Assembly (NCBI GenBank): GCA_947311435.1
Contig: CAMZKT010000029.1
Location: 382 to 64,381 of the forward strand
Direction of reading: 5' to 3'
Source: an uncultured Desulfocapsa sp.
GTDB taxonomy: Bacteria > Desulfobacterota > Desulfobulbia > Desulfobulbales > Desulfocapsaceae
Length of the DNA stretch: 64,000 nucleotides
Each line of letters opens with the position of its first letter. The first letter of the stretch is position 1. Made by a program: the position numbers and the translations under genes. The notes under the pieces were generated by a model. That model was not told the origin of the DNA, ran no database searches, and saw only the letters and a program-made list of their open reading frames with translations. Positions 29,229-38,835 of the stretch are shown here, one piece after another.

Positions 29229-29434
29229 GAATGGCACTTACTTAAGTAAATGAATAGTCATGTTGGCCAGTTACTGGATTAATCATATATGGTCATTTGG
29301 GAAGAGGGTAATTTCCAATCCGCCTCCCGCCCGACACCAATCTGATTCGACAGCCCTATTAACCTTTATTGACGGCCTACAACTAGCTGTTTTGTCGAGA
29401 CAGTCCCCTTAAGTAAGTGCCATTAGTGCCATTA
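29229..29434. mobile_element. IS4-family-like MITE (non-autonomous) with 11-bp target duplication
   Basis: Perfect 17-bp IR AATGGCACTTACTTAAG (29230-29246) / CTTAAGTAAGTGCCATT (29408-29424). Flanking direct repeat GGGACAGACCC at 29218-29228 and 29435-29445. No transposase ORF. Confidence 0.75.
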
Positions 29435-29572
29435 GGGACAGACCCCAATTTGTCCACAGGAATCAGATTGATTACAGAATTAGAGCACATCTCCTTTTAG
29501 AGACCTATTAAATCGTTCCCTTGAAACAGCATAACTCTCTCCCAGTTCATAACATATTCTTGATAAGATAAA

Positions 29573-30520
29573 CTACACCTGCCGCTGACGCTTTTTAATA
29601 TATTCTTCCACTGCCTCTTTACTACTCATCCACAACCTGCCTTCTTTATGACCCGCCAGCTTGCCTTGTCGGATTAATAGATTCAAATATTTGCCGGAAT
29701 AAGGCGTTTGCTTGGCAAGTTCTGATAACGGTAGATATTGTTCCCGTTTGCTGGTAATTGGCGTTAGGGTTTTCAGGTATATATCAAGAGTACGTTCTAC
29801 CGCCTGGGCAATAAACAGGGTCAACGGTTTGAAATCATTTTTGTCAGCTCGGGCTAGAACGCGGTAATATTTTTTCCGATCATTTTTCAGGATAATGACT
29901 AGTGGATACCCGTTTTGCATGAGAAGCAGATTCATCAAAATCCGTGCAGTTCTGCCATTTCCATCAAAAAAAGGATGAATATGAACAAACCTATGGTGCA
30001 GTAAAGAGGCAAGCTCAACAATATGGATCTTATTACTCTTGTCTCCAAGCCACTGTACCAATCCCTGCATTTTTTGGGGAACCTCGAAGGCATCTGGTGG
30101 TTGGTGGCTTGCACCTGTGATGATGACGTTTGCGTTGCGATAAACGCCAGCCCATTCTTTGTCTGTGGTGAGAGTAATAAGATGATGCAGAGAACGGATT
30201 AATTGTTCAGAAATAGTCTGTTGTTTTTCAAATTCGACCAGTTCATAGAGATAGTGGAGGGCGGCGTGGTGGTCTTTCGCTTCGAGATGATCTTTCAGTG
30301 ATTTACCCTTGATGGTTATCCCCTCGTTAATTACGAGAAATGTTTCTCTCAGGGTTAAACTGTTTCCTTCGATCGCATTTGAATTATAAGTCATTTCATA
30401 TAACAGGTGCTCCCGCAATTTCTTGACAGCTGACATGGGAAGAGGGCGTAATTGGTTAAGCCTGTGGAGTTTTTCCTGCAGCCTGTTTGTAATGATTGGT
30501 TCAAGATATGTATATTTCAT
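29573..30520 (-). CDS. Fic family protein (class II, inhibitory motif) with C-terminal HTH
   Basis: Catalytic HPFFDGNGRTAR; SNAIEGN inhibitory motif; C-terminal LPLSELAKQTPYSGKYLNLLIRQGKL HTH-like segment. Confidence 0.92.
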   Translation of the reverse strand: MKYTYLEPIITNRLQEKLHRLNQLRPLPMSAVKKLREHLLYEMTYNSNAIEGNSLTLRETFLVINEGITIKGKSLKDHLEAKDHHAALHYLYELVEFEKQQTISEQLIRSLHHLITLTTDKEWAGVYRNANVIITGASHQPPDAFEVPQKMQGLVQWLGDKSNKIHIVELASLLHHRFVHIHPFFDGNGRTARILMNLLLMQNGYPLVIILKNDRKKYYRVLARADKNDFKPLTLFIAQAVERTLDIYLKTLTPITSKREQYLPLSELAKQTPYSGKYLNLLIRQGKLAGHKEGRLWMSSKEAVEEYIKKRQRQV

Positions 30521-30660
30521 GTTCTTAGTATGGTATATGGTGAAACACAATCCATACCATATTAAAGTAAGGTGTGCCCACTTGTCAAGCCTGCCCCCTG
30601 TTCTGCATTCACACTTGGAAAATTGGGGGAAATGGGGGGACAGACCGAAAGCGCCGATTA

Positions 30661-30972
<312 letters not shown>

Positions 30973-31030
30973 TTATCTTCTTTCCTCCCTAAGATTCCAA
31001 GTTCCATTTTTGAATAATCTCCTGTACTAT

Positions 31031-32881
31031 ATGTCATCATATTTTCATTTTTACAACGTATCCTCCGTTAAAGAGGTGTATTCCTCATTTGCTCATGGTG
31101 AACACCTGAAACCTGAAAAAAACACCACAGATCGGCCATCCCTCAAAAAAGTATTGAGTCTCCTGGGCCCTATCTATTTCAGGCACCGTATTCGCCTGCT
31201 CCTTGGCTTAGTGGCTCTCTTGGCTGTCAACTTTCTTCAACTCACCATTCCGCGCATCTTAAAGACGGGAGTTGATTCACTGTCAAACGGTGCCGCTACA
31301 CAGAGCTCTCTTCTCAATCTTGCGTTCCTGATCTGTGGTATTGGAGTTGTTGCTACCCTGCTCCGATTTTCCTGGCGTTACCTGATCATCGGTTTTTCCA
31401 GGCACCTTGAACGAGATCTACGTAAAAAGATCTTCAGCCATGTAATGCTTATGGATGGGAGTTTTTTTTCAAAATACAGTACCGGTTCCATTATGGCTCA
31501 CGGGAGTAACGACCTTTCGGCTGTCCAAATGGCCTGTGGCATGGGAATGGTTGCAGCCATTGATGCACTCGTAATGTCCATTGCAGCCGTTTTCTTCATG
31601 CTGAATATTCATGTCGGCCTTACCCTGACGGCACTTTTGCCCTTGCCGGTTCTTGCTCTGGCCACCCGTTTTCTTACGGGAAGCATGCATCGGCGCTTTG
31701 ATCGTGTTCAAGAACAGTTTTCCGGTTTGACAGAATTTGCACGCTCCTCCATCTCATCCATCCGACTGATTAAGGCATACACCCTGGAAAAGTCACAGGC
31801 AAAATGCTTTGCTCTCCTGGGCAGGAAGTATGTCGATTCAAGTATCCGGGTTGCAGTCATCCAGGGATTGCTCTTTCCCATTGCCACCCTGGTTGGCAGC
31901 AGCGGAATGCTGCTAGTTCTCTATTTCGGTGGACGACTGGTCATTCTGGAAAGCATTTCCATGGGTGATTTTGTGGCCTTTATTACCTACCTTTACATGC
32001 TGATCTGGCCAATGATGGCCGTTGGTTGGGTGGCCAATCTCTCCCAGAGAGGTGTTACGTCCCTCCGACGAATTCATCTTCTGCTTTCTGAAAAATCACA
32101 ACTGCTGCCTGGGAAAGAAGAATCGCAGCCGAAAAACACTTTCTTTGAGCTTCGTCAACTGAGCTTCACCTACCCCCGTTCCAAACGGCGGATACTCGAG
32201 AATATCACGCTTTCCCTGACCCCGGAAATACTTGGTATCACAGGCCCCACGGGGTGTGGCAAAACAACTCTTTGCCAGTTACTTGCCAGAATGTACCCGG
32301 TGCCAAACCAGACGCTCTTTTTTGGGGAAACGGACGTCAACGCTCTCTCTGTGGAATCTGTACAAAAACATATCAGCTTTGTCAGCCAGGAAACAATGCT
32401 ATTTTCAAACAACCTGCGGGAAAACATTTGTTTCGGCAGGCCGGATGCCTCCATGGAGCGTATAATCCACGCAGCCAAGGCCGCAGCTATCCATGAAGAA
32501 ATCCTCTCGTTTCCTGAAGGCTACGAAAGCATGATAGGTGAAAAAGGAGTCACCCTCTCCGGTGGGCAACGCAGCCGGGTTGCACTTGCAAGAGCCTTGC
32601 TCTGTGATAGGCCAATCCTTATCATAGACGATGGTCTAGCAGATGTGGACACCGAAACAGAACAGAAAATCATGGAGAATATTGCTCCCTGGCTCAAAGA
32701 TAAAACTGTAATATGGGTCAGCCAGCGCATCAAACAACTTGCCCGCACTGACAGGGTTCTCGTTCTTGAGGATGGGAAAATAAGTGATATCGGCCCCTAT
32801 GACGAACTGATGCAACACAACTCCTTTCTTGCTGAGATCAGTCGTCGCCAACACCTGCGGGGGAAGCATAATCATGCGTAA
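31031..32881 (+). CDS. ABC exporter, fused permease/ATPase (MdlA/YheI-like); start uncertain
   Basis: TM domain, LIWPMMAVGW, GPTGCGKT, LSGGQR, degenerate DDGLADVD. True start could be ATG 31031 or CTG 31106. Confidence 0.88.
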   Translation: MSSYFHFYNVSSVKEVYSSFAHGEHLKPEKNTTDRPSLKKVLSLLGPIYFRHRIRLLLGLVALLAVNFLQLTIPRILKTGVDSLSNGAATQSSLLNLAFLICGIGVVATLLRFSWRYLIIGFSRHLERDLRKKIFSHVMLMDGSFFSKYSTGSIMAHGSNDLSAVQMACGMGMVAAIDALVMSIAAVFFMLNIHVGLTLTALLPLPVLALATRFLTGSMHRRFDRVQEQFSGLTEFARSSISSIRLIKAYTLEKSQAKCFALLGRKYVDSSIRVAVIQGLLFPIATLVGSSGMLLVLYFGGRLVILESISMGDFVAFITYLYMLIWPMMAVGWVANLSQRGVTSLRRIHLLLSEKSQLLPGKEESQPKNTFFELRQLSFTYPRSKRRILENITLSLTPEILGITGPTGCGKTTLCQLLARMYPVPNQTLFFGETDVNALSVESVQKHISFVSQETMLFSNNLRENICFGRPDASMERIIHAAKAAAIHEEILSFPEGYESMIGEKGVTLSGGQRSRVALARALLCDRPILIIDDGLADVDTETEQKIMENIAPWLKDKTVIWVSQRIKQLARTDRVLVLEDGKISDIGPYDELMQHNSFLAEISRRQHLRGKHNHA

Positions 32882-34679
32882 TTTTGGTTATTTTGAAGAA
32901 GACTACACACGATCTCTTTCTGAAAGAGGCCTGTGGCGACGTACCCTTGGCTACCTGCATCCTTTTCGCTTTCCCTTTGCAGGAGCCGTTCTTCTCTCAC
33001 TTGTTGTTACAGGCTCTACCTTAAGCCTCCCTTGGCTTATGCAACAAGCCATTGACCTGTATATCACCAGACAAGCCCTAAGCTTCGATCAACGCATGGC
33101 AGGACTCTTGACCAATGTATTGCTCTATGGCGGACTGATTTGTGTCGGCTTTATAACAGCCTTTCTTCAGGTAGTTCTCCTCGAGTGGATTGGTCAGTCA
33201 ATCATGCACACCTTGCGCCAGAACCTTTTCAGCCATCTACTTGAGATTGATCTTCGTTTTTTCAGCAAGCAGCCCGTTGACCGCCTGGTCACCCGCATAA
33301 CCAATGATGTACAGAATATGCATGAGATGTTCACATCCATTATGGTAACAGTATTCAATGACCTCCTACGGATGGCATGTATTCTGGGGCTGCTTATCTA
33401 TATAAATTACAAGCTTGGTCTTCTCCTCTGTTTGTTCGTTCCCCTGGCAGCGATTGTCACTATTCTCTTTTCCAGACTTGCCAGAAATCATTTCAGAGCC
33501 ATACGCAAACAACTTTCCAAAGTAAATGCCTTCGTTCAGGAAATTGTTTCGGGGATTATGCTGGTTCAATTATTTGGCAGAACCGACGAACTACAGGATA
33601 ATTTTGCAAAGCTCAACGACGGCTACCTGAAAAAAACCCTGCTGCAGATTCGTCTCTTTGGCATGTTTATGCCCATCACCGAACTTATGAGCTCACTGGC
33701 CATCGCTCTTATACTTTGGTACGGTGGCGGCCAAATCATCCAAAACCAATTAAGCCTTGGTGAACTGGTCGCTTTTCTTTCATATATGCGTCTTTTTTTT
33801 CAACCCCTGCGTGAACTTTCTCAAAAATACTCCATTGTTCAATCTGCACTTGCATCTGCCGAACGTATTTTTCACTTATTGGATACCGAAGCTGAAAACC
33901 AGACAAGTCTTCAGCATGGTCAAATAAAGCTCCCGTCTCTTACCGGAGAGCTCTGTTTTAAAAACGTCAATTTCTCCTATCTCACTGACCATGCGGTACT
34001 CCATGATATAAATTTTAGCGTGAAACAGGGAGAAACCGTGGCCATAGTTGGTTCAACGGGAAGTGGGAAATCCACACTTATAAACCTTCTGCTCCGATTC
34101 TACACACCGGATAGCGGCCATATCAGTCTTGCCGGATTTTCCCTTCCCGATATTCCACACAATCACCTACGAAGAGAGATCGGCGTAGTGATGCAGGAAA
34201 TGCTCATTCTTCAGGACACTCTCTTCAACAACATTGTTCTTGATACAGGAAAGCAACGTAAAGAAGTAAAAAAACTCCTTCAACAGACACAACTCGATCA
34301 ATTCGTCTCAAATCTTCCACAAGGCCTGGATACTGTTATAGGCGAGGGAGGACAAACCATGTCCACCGGAGAAAAACAACTTCTCGCCATTGCCAGAGTG
34401 CTGTGCCGAAACCCATCAATTCTGGTATTGGACGAAGCAAGTTCAGCCATTGACTCCAAGACTGAAAATCTTCTGGAACAACCGCTTGAACATTGTTTTG
34501 CAGAAAAGACTGTTCTTATCATTGCCCATCGACTCTCAACCGTGCAGCGGGCCGACCGAATCATTGTCCTCGACAAAGGACGTATTGTCGAGCAGGGAAG
34601 CCATCATAAACTTCTTAAAAAACAGGGAACGTACAGTAAACTGATTGCGCTTGACTTTGAAACAGACAAAATTGGATAA
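32874..34679 (+). CDS. ABC exporter, fused permease/ATPase (MdlB/YheH-like)
   Basis: RLVTRITND, FFQPLRELSQKY, GSTGSGKS, DEASSAID, IAHRLST. Confidence 0.9.
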   Translation: MRNFGYFEEDYTRSLSERGLWRRTLGYLHPFRFPFAGAVLLSLVVTGSTLSLPWLMQQAIDLYITRQALSFDQRMAGLLTNVLLYGGLICVGFITAFLQVVLLEWIGQSIMHTLRQNLFSHLLEIDLRFFSKQPVDRLVTRITNDVQNMHEMFTSIMVTVFNDLLRMACILGLLIYINYKLGLLLCLFVPLAAIVTILFSRLARNHFRAIRKQLSKVNAFVQEIVSGIMLVQLFGRTDELQDNFAKLNDGYLKKTLLQIRLFGMFMPITELMSSLAIALILWYGGGQIIQNQLSLGELVAFLSYMRLFFQPLRELSQKYSIVQSALASAERIFHLLDTEAENQTSLQHGQIKLPSLTGELCFKNVNFSYLTDHAVLHDINFSVKQGETVAIVGSTGSGKSTLINLLLRFYTPDSGHISLAGFSLPDIPHNHLRREIGVVMQEMLILQDTLFNNIVLDTGKQRKEVKKLLQQTQLDQFVSNLPQGLDTVIGEGGQTMSTGEKQLLAIARVLCRNPSILVLDEASSAIDSKTENLLEQPLEHCFAEKTVLIIAHRLSTVQRADRIIVLDKGRIVEQGSHHKLLKKQGTYSKLIALDFETDKIG

Positions 34680-34728
34680 TCTTCTATCACCCTTTTAAAG
34701 ATTCCTCTCCTGAAGGACAAATAACGCT

Positions 34729-35580
34729 ATGAATCGACACGGATATATCGGTCGTAAATTACGAGCCCCAAAACTCAAAGAAAAGCCCGCCATTATTCCT
34801 GTGGCCTTTGGTACCAGTAGTAATGCAAAAATACCACTCGAGATTTTCCGGCAGCATCTGGACAAACAATTCCCGGGATACGAAGTTTTTTGGGCCTACA
34901 GCTCCAGTATTCTCTGTAGAACACAAAAAATCCCCACCTTAATCGAAACCCTTGCACAGGTTGAAGCAGCCGGTTTTCGTACAGCTGTGGTTCAACCTCT
35001 TCATATATTTCCAGGTACAGAGTACCAGCAGATGGCTGAGACCTGTGAATATTTCCCCGGATTACGAATCATTTTAAGCGAAACCCTTCTTCACCGCTGG
35101 AATTTTGTTAAAGAAACTCTCGCGGTTATTGAAAATGAATTTCTCACACCGGCACAGGGACTCAACATTCTGGCAGTCCATGGTACACCTCTGGTTACAG
35201 ACCCGGTGCACAGTGCCTATCTTGGACTGGAGCACCTGGTCAGAGACCGTTATCCCAATGTACTGACAGCCGCCATTGAAGGAATACCCGACCATGAAGC
35301 CGTACTGGCTGGAATAAAACGATTGCAATTAAATAATCAGTATAAAGTTGTTCGTATAATCCCCATGATGTATCTGGCAGGTATGCACGCCGAAGAAGAT
35401 TTAATGGGAGATGCAAACAGCTGGCGTACAAGCCTTGAGGAGATGAACTTTTCCGTTGAGTGTGTATCAGTTCAATATGGGCAGGAGTGCTGTTTTAAAG
35501 GATTGGCGTACTACCCTGAGATCGTGACTTTTTTCACACAACGATTACAGCGAAGCCTTGAGCTTCTCGAAATATATTGA
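34729..35580 (+). CDS. cbiK: Sirohydrochlorin cobaltochelatase (CbiK family)
   Basis: AFGTS, WAYSS, QPLHIFPGTEY, HGT, EGIP, PMMYLAGMHAEEDLMG. Confidence 0.85.
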   Translation: MNRHGYIGRKLRAPKLKEKPAIIPVAFGTSSNAKIPLEIFRQHLDKQFPGYEVFWAYSSSILCRTQKIPTLIETLAQVEAAGFRTAVVQPLHIFPGTEYQQMAETCEYFPGLRIILSETLLHRWNFVKETLAVIENEFLTPAQGLNILAVHGTPLVTDPVHSAYLGLEHLVRDRYPNVLTAAIEGIPDHEAVLAGIKRLQLNNQYKVVRIIPMMYLAGMHAEEDLMGDANSWRTSLEEMNFSVECVSVQYGQECCFKGLAYYPEIVTFFTQRLQRSLELLEIY

Positions 35581-35599
35581 TACTGCAAAAGACAGATGC

Positions 35600-35677
35600 T
35601 AACTCCTCACAGAGCTCATCGGCTTACATTCGAAAACCAGCGTGGCCGAGAAAATACTCGCCCTCTGTGAGCAGTTA
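35600..35677. repeat. Palindromic intergenic repeat (REP/MITE-like)
   Basis: TAACTCCTCACAGAG...CTCTGTGAGCAGTTA (14/15 IR); internal CCAGCGTGGCCG shared with 42597. Confidence 0.6.
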
Positions 35678-35800
35678 TAACTTTTTTTTAATATCCCGTG
35701 CAGATCGTTTCCTTTTTGACTATCATTACCAGTGGATAGTCAAATTTCGGCAGCAAGTATTGTACAGGAACTTTATCAATCACATCCAAGGAGTATTCCA

Positions 35801-36199
35801 ATGCAATTGCGTTCACTTTGTATCCTTTTCACCTTCCTCATTGCAGTAGCTTTCATTGTCCCCCCTCAAGCTGTTGTAGCCAAAAGCACGACAGATAGCA
35901 CAACAACTGATACAAAAAAGAAAGATACCAAGGAAAAGAAAACAAAAAAAGCGGATAAATCCAAGAAAAAAGCTGCAAAGAAACAGCAGAACACAAAATC
36001 TGCCAAAGGAAAAATCAATATTAATACAGCCACCGCAAAAGAGTTGGCTTTAATCCCAGGCGTAGGGCCAGTAACAGCAAAAAACATCATCTCCTACCGT
36101 AAAAAACACGGAAAGTTCAAAAGCAGTAAAGATCTTTTGAATGTTAAAGGGATTGGCGAAAAAACACTCAAAAAAATGAAATCCAAATTGAAGCTATAA
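35801..36199 (+). CDS. comEA: ComEA family helix-hairpin-helix DNA-binding protein
   Basis: Signal peptide, Lys-rich linker, KININTA..EL..IPGVG..AKNII.YR..GKF..DLLNVKGIGEK. Confidence 0.9.
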   Translation: MQLRSLCILFTFLIAVAFIVPPQAVVAKSTTDSTTTDTKKKDTKEKKTKKADKSKKKAAKKQQNTKSAKGKININTATAKELALIPGVGPVTAKNIISYRKKHGKFKSSKDLLNVKGIGEKTLKKMKSKLKL

Positions 36200-36318
36200 A
36201 CTCCCCTCTTTATGGTATTTTGTTACTATCCACGGGTAAAGTCACTAAGGTTCGAACCACCTGTACGATTCGAGCCTTACTTGCCCACTGTTATTTCTGC
36301 CATCGTCCTGGCTGATAG

Positions 36319-36547
36319 ATGAATCTTCTCCAAAAGAATCTTCTTCTCTATACTGCTTTTTCCCCCTTCTGCTTACACTCTGTAGTTTCACAGTCCATGC
36401 TGAAGTGCAGTCAAAGGCACAACGCATCGTCTCTTTAGGGCCAATCAACACAGAGAATGTCTTCCTCCTTGTAGCGGGTGATCGTCTGGTGGCCAACACG
36501 ACCTATTCATTCTGGCAGCCATGATCCATCCTGAGCTGAACCTGTAG
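36319..36547 (+). pseudogene. Internally deleted BtuF-like periplasmic binding protein remnant
   Basis: Signal peptide with a 1-nt frameshift in the T/C run near 36360, then QRIVSLGPINTENVFLLVAGDRLVANTTY, joined directly in another frame to ILAAMIHPELNL*. Confidence 0.72.
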
Positions 36548-36783
36548 CTTTTCTCTTGCCCAAAAACCAAAAAAGCCATTGAGAATTATTCTTCACAAAA
36601 GTAAAGATCATGTAGAAAATAAGCTTCTCAAATGCTATCATTCTCTCATCGCTTATCTGCAATTACTGACACGTAAATTCTGCACGTCAAAAAAGTGGGT
36701 GAATATACATTTTTCATTTTCCAAGCCACACGGGATTGACAGTTTCAGGATTCAGGTGCCAACCTCACAAGCTCGAGAGCAAC

Positions 36784-37755
36784 ATGAAAAATCTATCTCT
36801 TTTTATAACGATTCTCTTTCTTAGCACATTACTGAGCACTCAACCCGCCGATGCAAAATCCACTTTTGTGACCATTGGCACAGGTGGCATAACAGGCGTC
36901 TACTATCCGACTGGTGCAGCCATTGCCAAGATGGTCAACAGGAAGAAAAAAGAATACGGGATCCGTGCAATAGTTGAGCTTACCGGTGGCTCTGTCTTTA
37001 ATATAAATGCACTTATGACTGACGACCTGGATTTCGGCCTTGTTCAATCTGACCGTCAGTTTCAAGCACTGAACGGAATAGCTGAATGGAAGGACAAGGG
37101 GCCTCAGACGGAACTCAGGGCTGTCTTTTCACTCCATCCTGAAGCTGTAACACTTATTGCAGCATCCGATAGCGGCATAAAAAACATCTCGGATCTTCGA
37201 GGGAAAAGGGTAAACATCGGTAATCTCGGTTCCGGCCACAGAAAAAATGCCATTGATGCCCTCAGTGCTGCCGGGATAGATTACCAAAAAGACATACAAG
37301 CTAAATCCTTCAAGGCATCAGAATCTGCAGGGCTGCTCCAGGACAATCAAATTGATGCCTTTTTCTATACAGTCGGACATCCATCCGTATCGATAAAAGA
37401 AGTAACTTCTGGTTCCAGAAAAGTGATTATTGCTGATATCACAGGTATTGACGGCCTCCTGGAATCCTCTCCTTATTATATACCCACCACCATTTCCATA
37501 GACCTTTACCCCGGAGTGGCCAACAAACAGGATGTGACAACTTTCGGTGTAAAGGCAACCCTGTGCACCTCCAGCAGAGTCGCTGAGAATGTGGTTTATG
37601 CTGTTACCAAAGAGGTTTTTGAAAACCTTGAAGCATTCAAACATGAACACCCGGCGTTCCACAATCTCACTAAAAAGAGTATGCTTACAGAACTTTCAGC
37701 ACCACTTCATAACGGGGCGATCAAATTCTTCAATGAAGCTGGACTATTACAATAA
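36784..37755 (+). CDS. TAXI family TRAP solute-binding protein
   Basis: TIGTGGITGVYYP, TGGSVFN, DFGLVQSD, LRAVFSLHPE, APLHNGA. Confidence 0.92.
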   Translation: MKNLSLFITILFLSTLLSTQPADAKSTFVTIGTGGITGVYYPTGAAIAKMVNRKKKEYGIRAIVELTGGSVFNINALMTDDLDFGLVQSDRQFQALNGIAEWKDKGPQTELRAVFSLHPEAVTLIAASDSGIKNISDLRGKRVNIGNLGSGHRKNAIDALSAAGIDYQKDIQAKSFKASESAGLLQDNQIDAFFYTVGHPSVSIKEVTSGSRKVIIADITGIDGLLESSPYYIPTTISIDLYPGVANKQDVTTFGVKATLCTSSRVAENVVYAVTKEVFENLEAFKHEHPAFHNLTKKSMLTELSAPLHNGAIKFFNEAGLLQ

Positions 37756-37785
37756 AAAGAACGAATTACTCCGGAGAAACTACAG

Positions 37786-38106
37786 ATGAGCAAAACGACA
37801 CAACGAAAGAACCAGGAGCCATCCATACAAGCCATGGTCTGGTACAAGGAAGAAGATTGGGACACACTCAAAACTCTCTTCACCGACAGCCACATGCTCC
37901 CGGGAAAGTATTCGGATTGGCTACTCAAAGCAGAGGCCATGGTGAAAAAAGTGGAATCCTGCGGAGATATTGTTATGAAAGTCTTTATAGACCCCGATAC
38001 TTTTCCTGCCTGGTGCAAAGAAAAAGGAAAAGAAATGGACATGCATGCACGAACTGCGCTGGCTATCGAAGTGGCAACGCACCAAAGTTTTGGGCCAAAA
38101 GTATGA
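37786..38106 (+). CDS. Hypothetical protein
   Basis: 106-aa ORF with GGAG RBS and globular composition (WYKEEDW, KVFIDPDTFPAWC). Confidence 0.7.
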   Translation: MSKTTQRKNQEPSIQAMVWYKEEDWDTLKTLFTDSHMLPGKYSDWLLKAEAMVKKVESCGDIVMKVFIDPDTFPAWCKEKGKEMDMHARTALAIEVATHQSFGPKV

Positions 38107-38257
38107 TTTATTTTAGACAGCCAGAGAAAGAAAACAGGATAGCACAACGTATTCATGATCTCCGGGAACCCTATTTTTCGTAGGAATGTACCCATGGACT
38201 CTGCAGTTGCCAACGCTTACTATTCCAGCAGGCAACTGCCATCACCCTCCCCCATAA

Positions 38258-38704
38258 TCAGCAGGAATGTACTGCCTTACGCCACCCTTCATTCTTCAAT
38301 CGTTGAATCCTATCCACTGCCCAGGAATTAATGGCAGTAAGGTACTCCTTGGGGTCACTCTCTTTCATAGAAATTATTGCGTTTCGTTCTTCAGTAATAT
38401 CTTCTGTCTCACCAGGATACATTTCACGCCAGGTTGCATAGCCTTCATCAAAGATATATTCAGGACTCACATGGGATGGATCCATGCTTAGCTTAGTAAT
38501 AGCAAACATCCTCACCAAATCCATATCATATTCAATAATCCAGCCATTATCACGCACCATGACCTCCCTGTCGAAACTCTTATCAACAGAACACAAGGGA
38601 CAGTACAAGATGCTTATTACCTCCTGACTCATGACATTATCCCGTAGATGAAATGAAGCTTCTTTTTTCCCACAACTACACGTTTTTTTTACTTCCTGAC
38701 ACAT
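38258..38704 (-). CDS. Hypothetical protein with N-terminal Cys cluster
   Basis: C-x6-CSC...CPLC; RBS GGAGA upstream of ATG 38704. Confidence 0.75.
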   Translation of the reverse strand: MCQEVKKTCSCGKKEASFHLRDNVMSQEVISILYCPLCSVDKSFDREVMVRDNGWIIEYDMDLVRMFAITKLSMDPSHVSPEYIFDEGYATWREMYPGETEDITEERNAIISMKESDPKEYLTAINSWAVDRIQRLKNEGWRKAVHSC

Positions 38705-38835
38705 AATCATTCTCCTTATTTTTCCAAATCCATAGTCATCCCACCGGACATTATTCACATGCACCACTATTATGCACTTTCCCTCCTTTGTAAAGAACAA
38801 TAATCATTATCAAACACTAAGAACCAACCTCCTCT

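Noticed and set aside
29232-29246. TGGCAC as a second sigma54 promoter
   Set aside because: There is no GC at -12, and the sequence is part of the MITE terminal repeat.
36247-36292. GGTTCGAACC hairpin and GCCCACTG as a tRNA end or cobalamin riboswitch
   Set aside because: There is no cloverleaf, and the other B12-element motifs are missing; at most a decayed hairpin.
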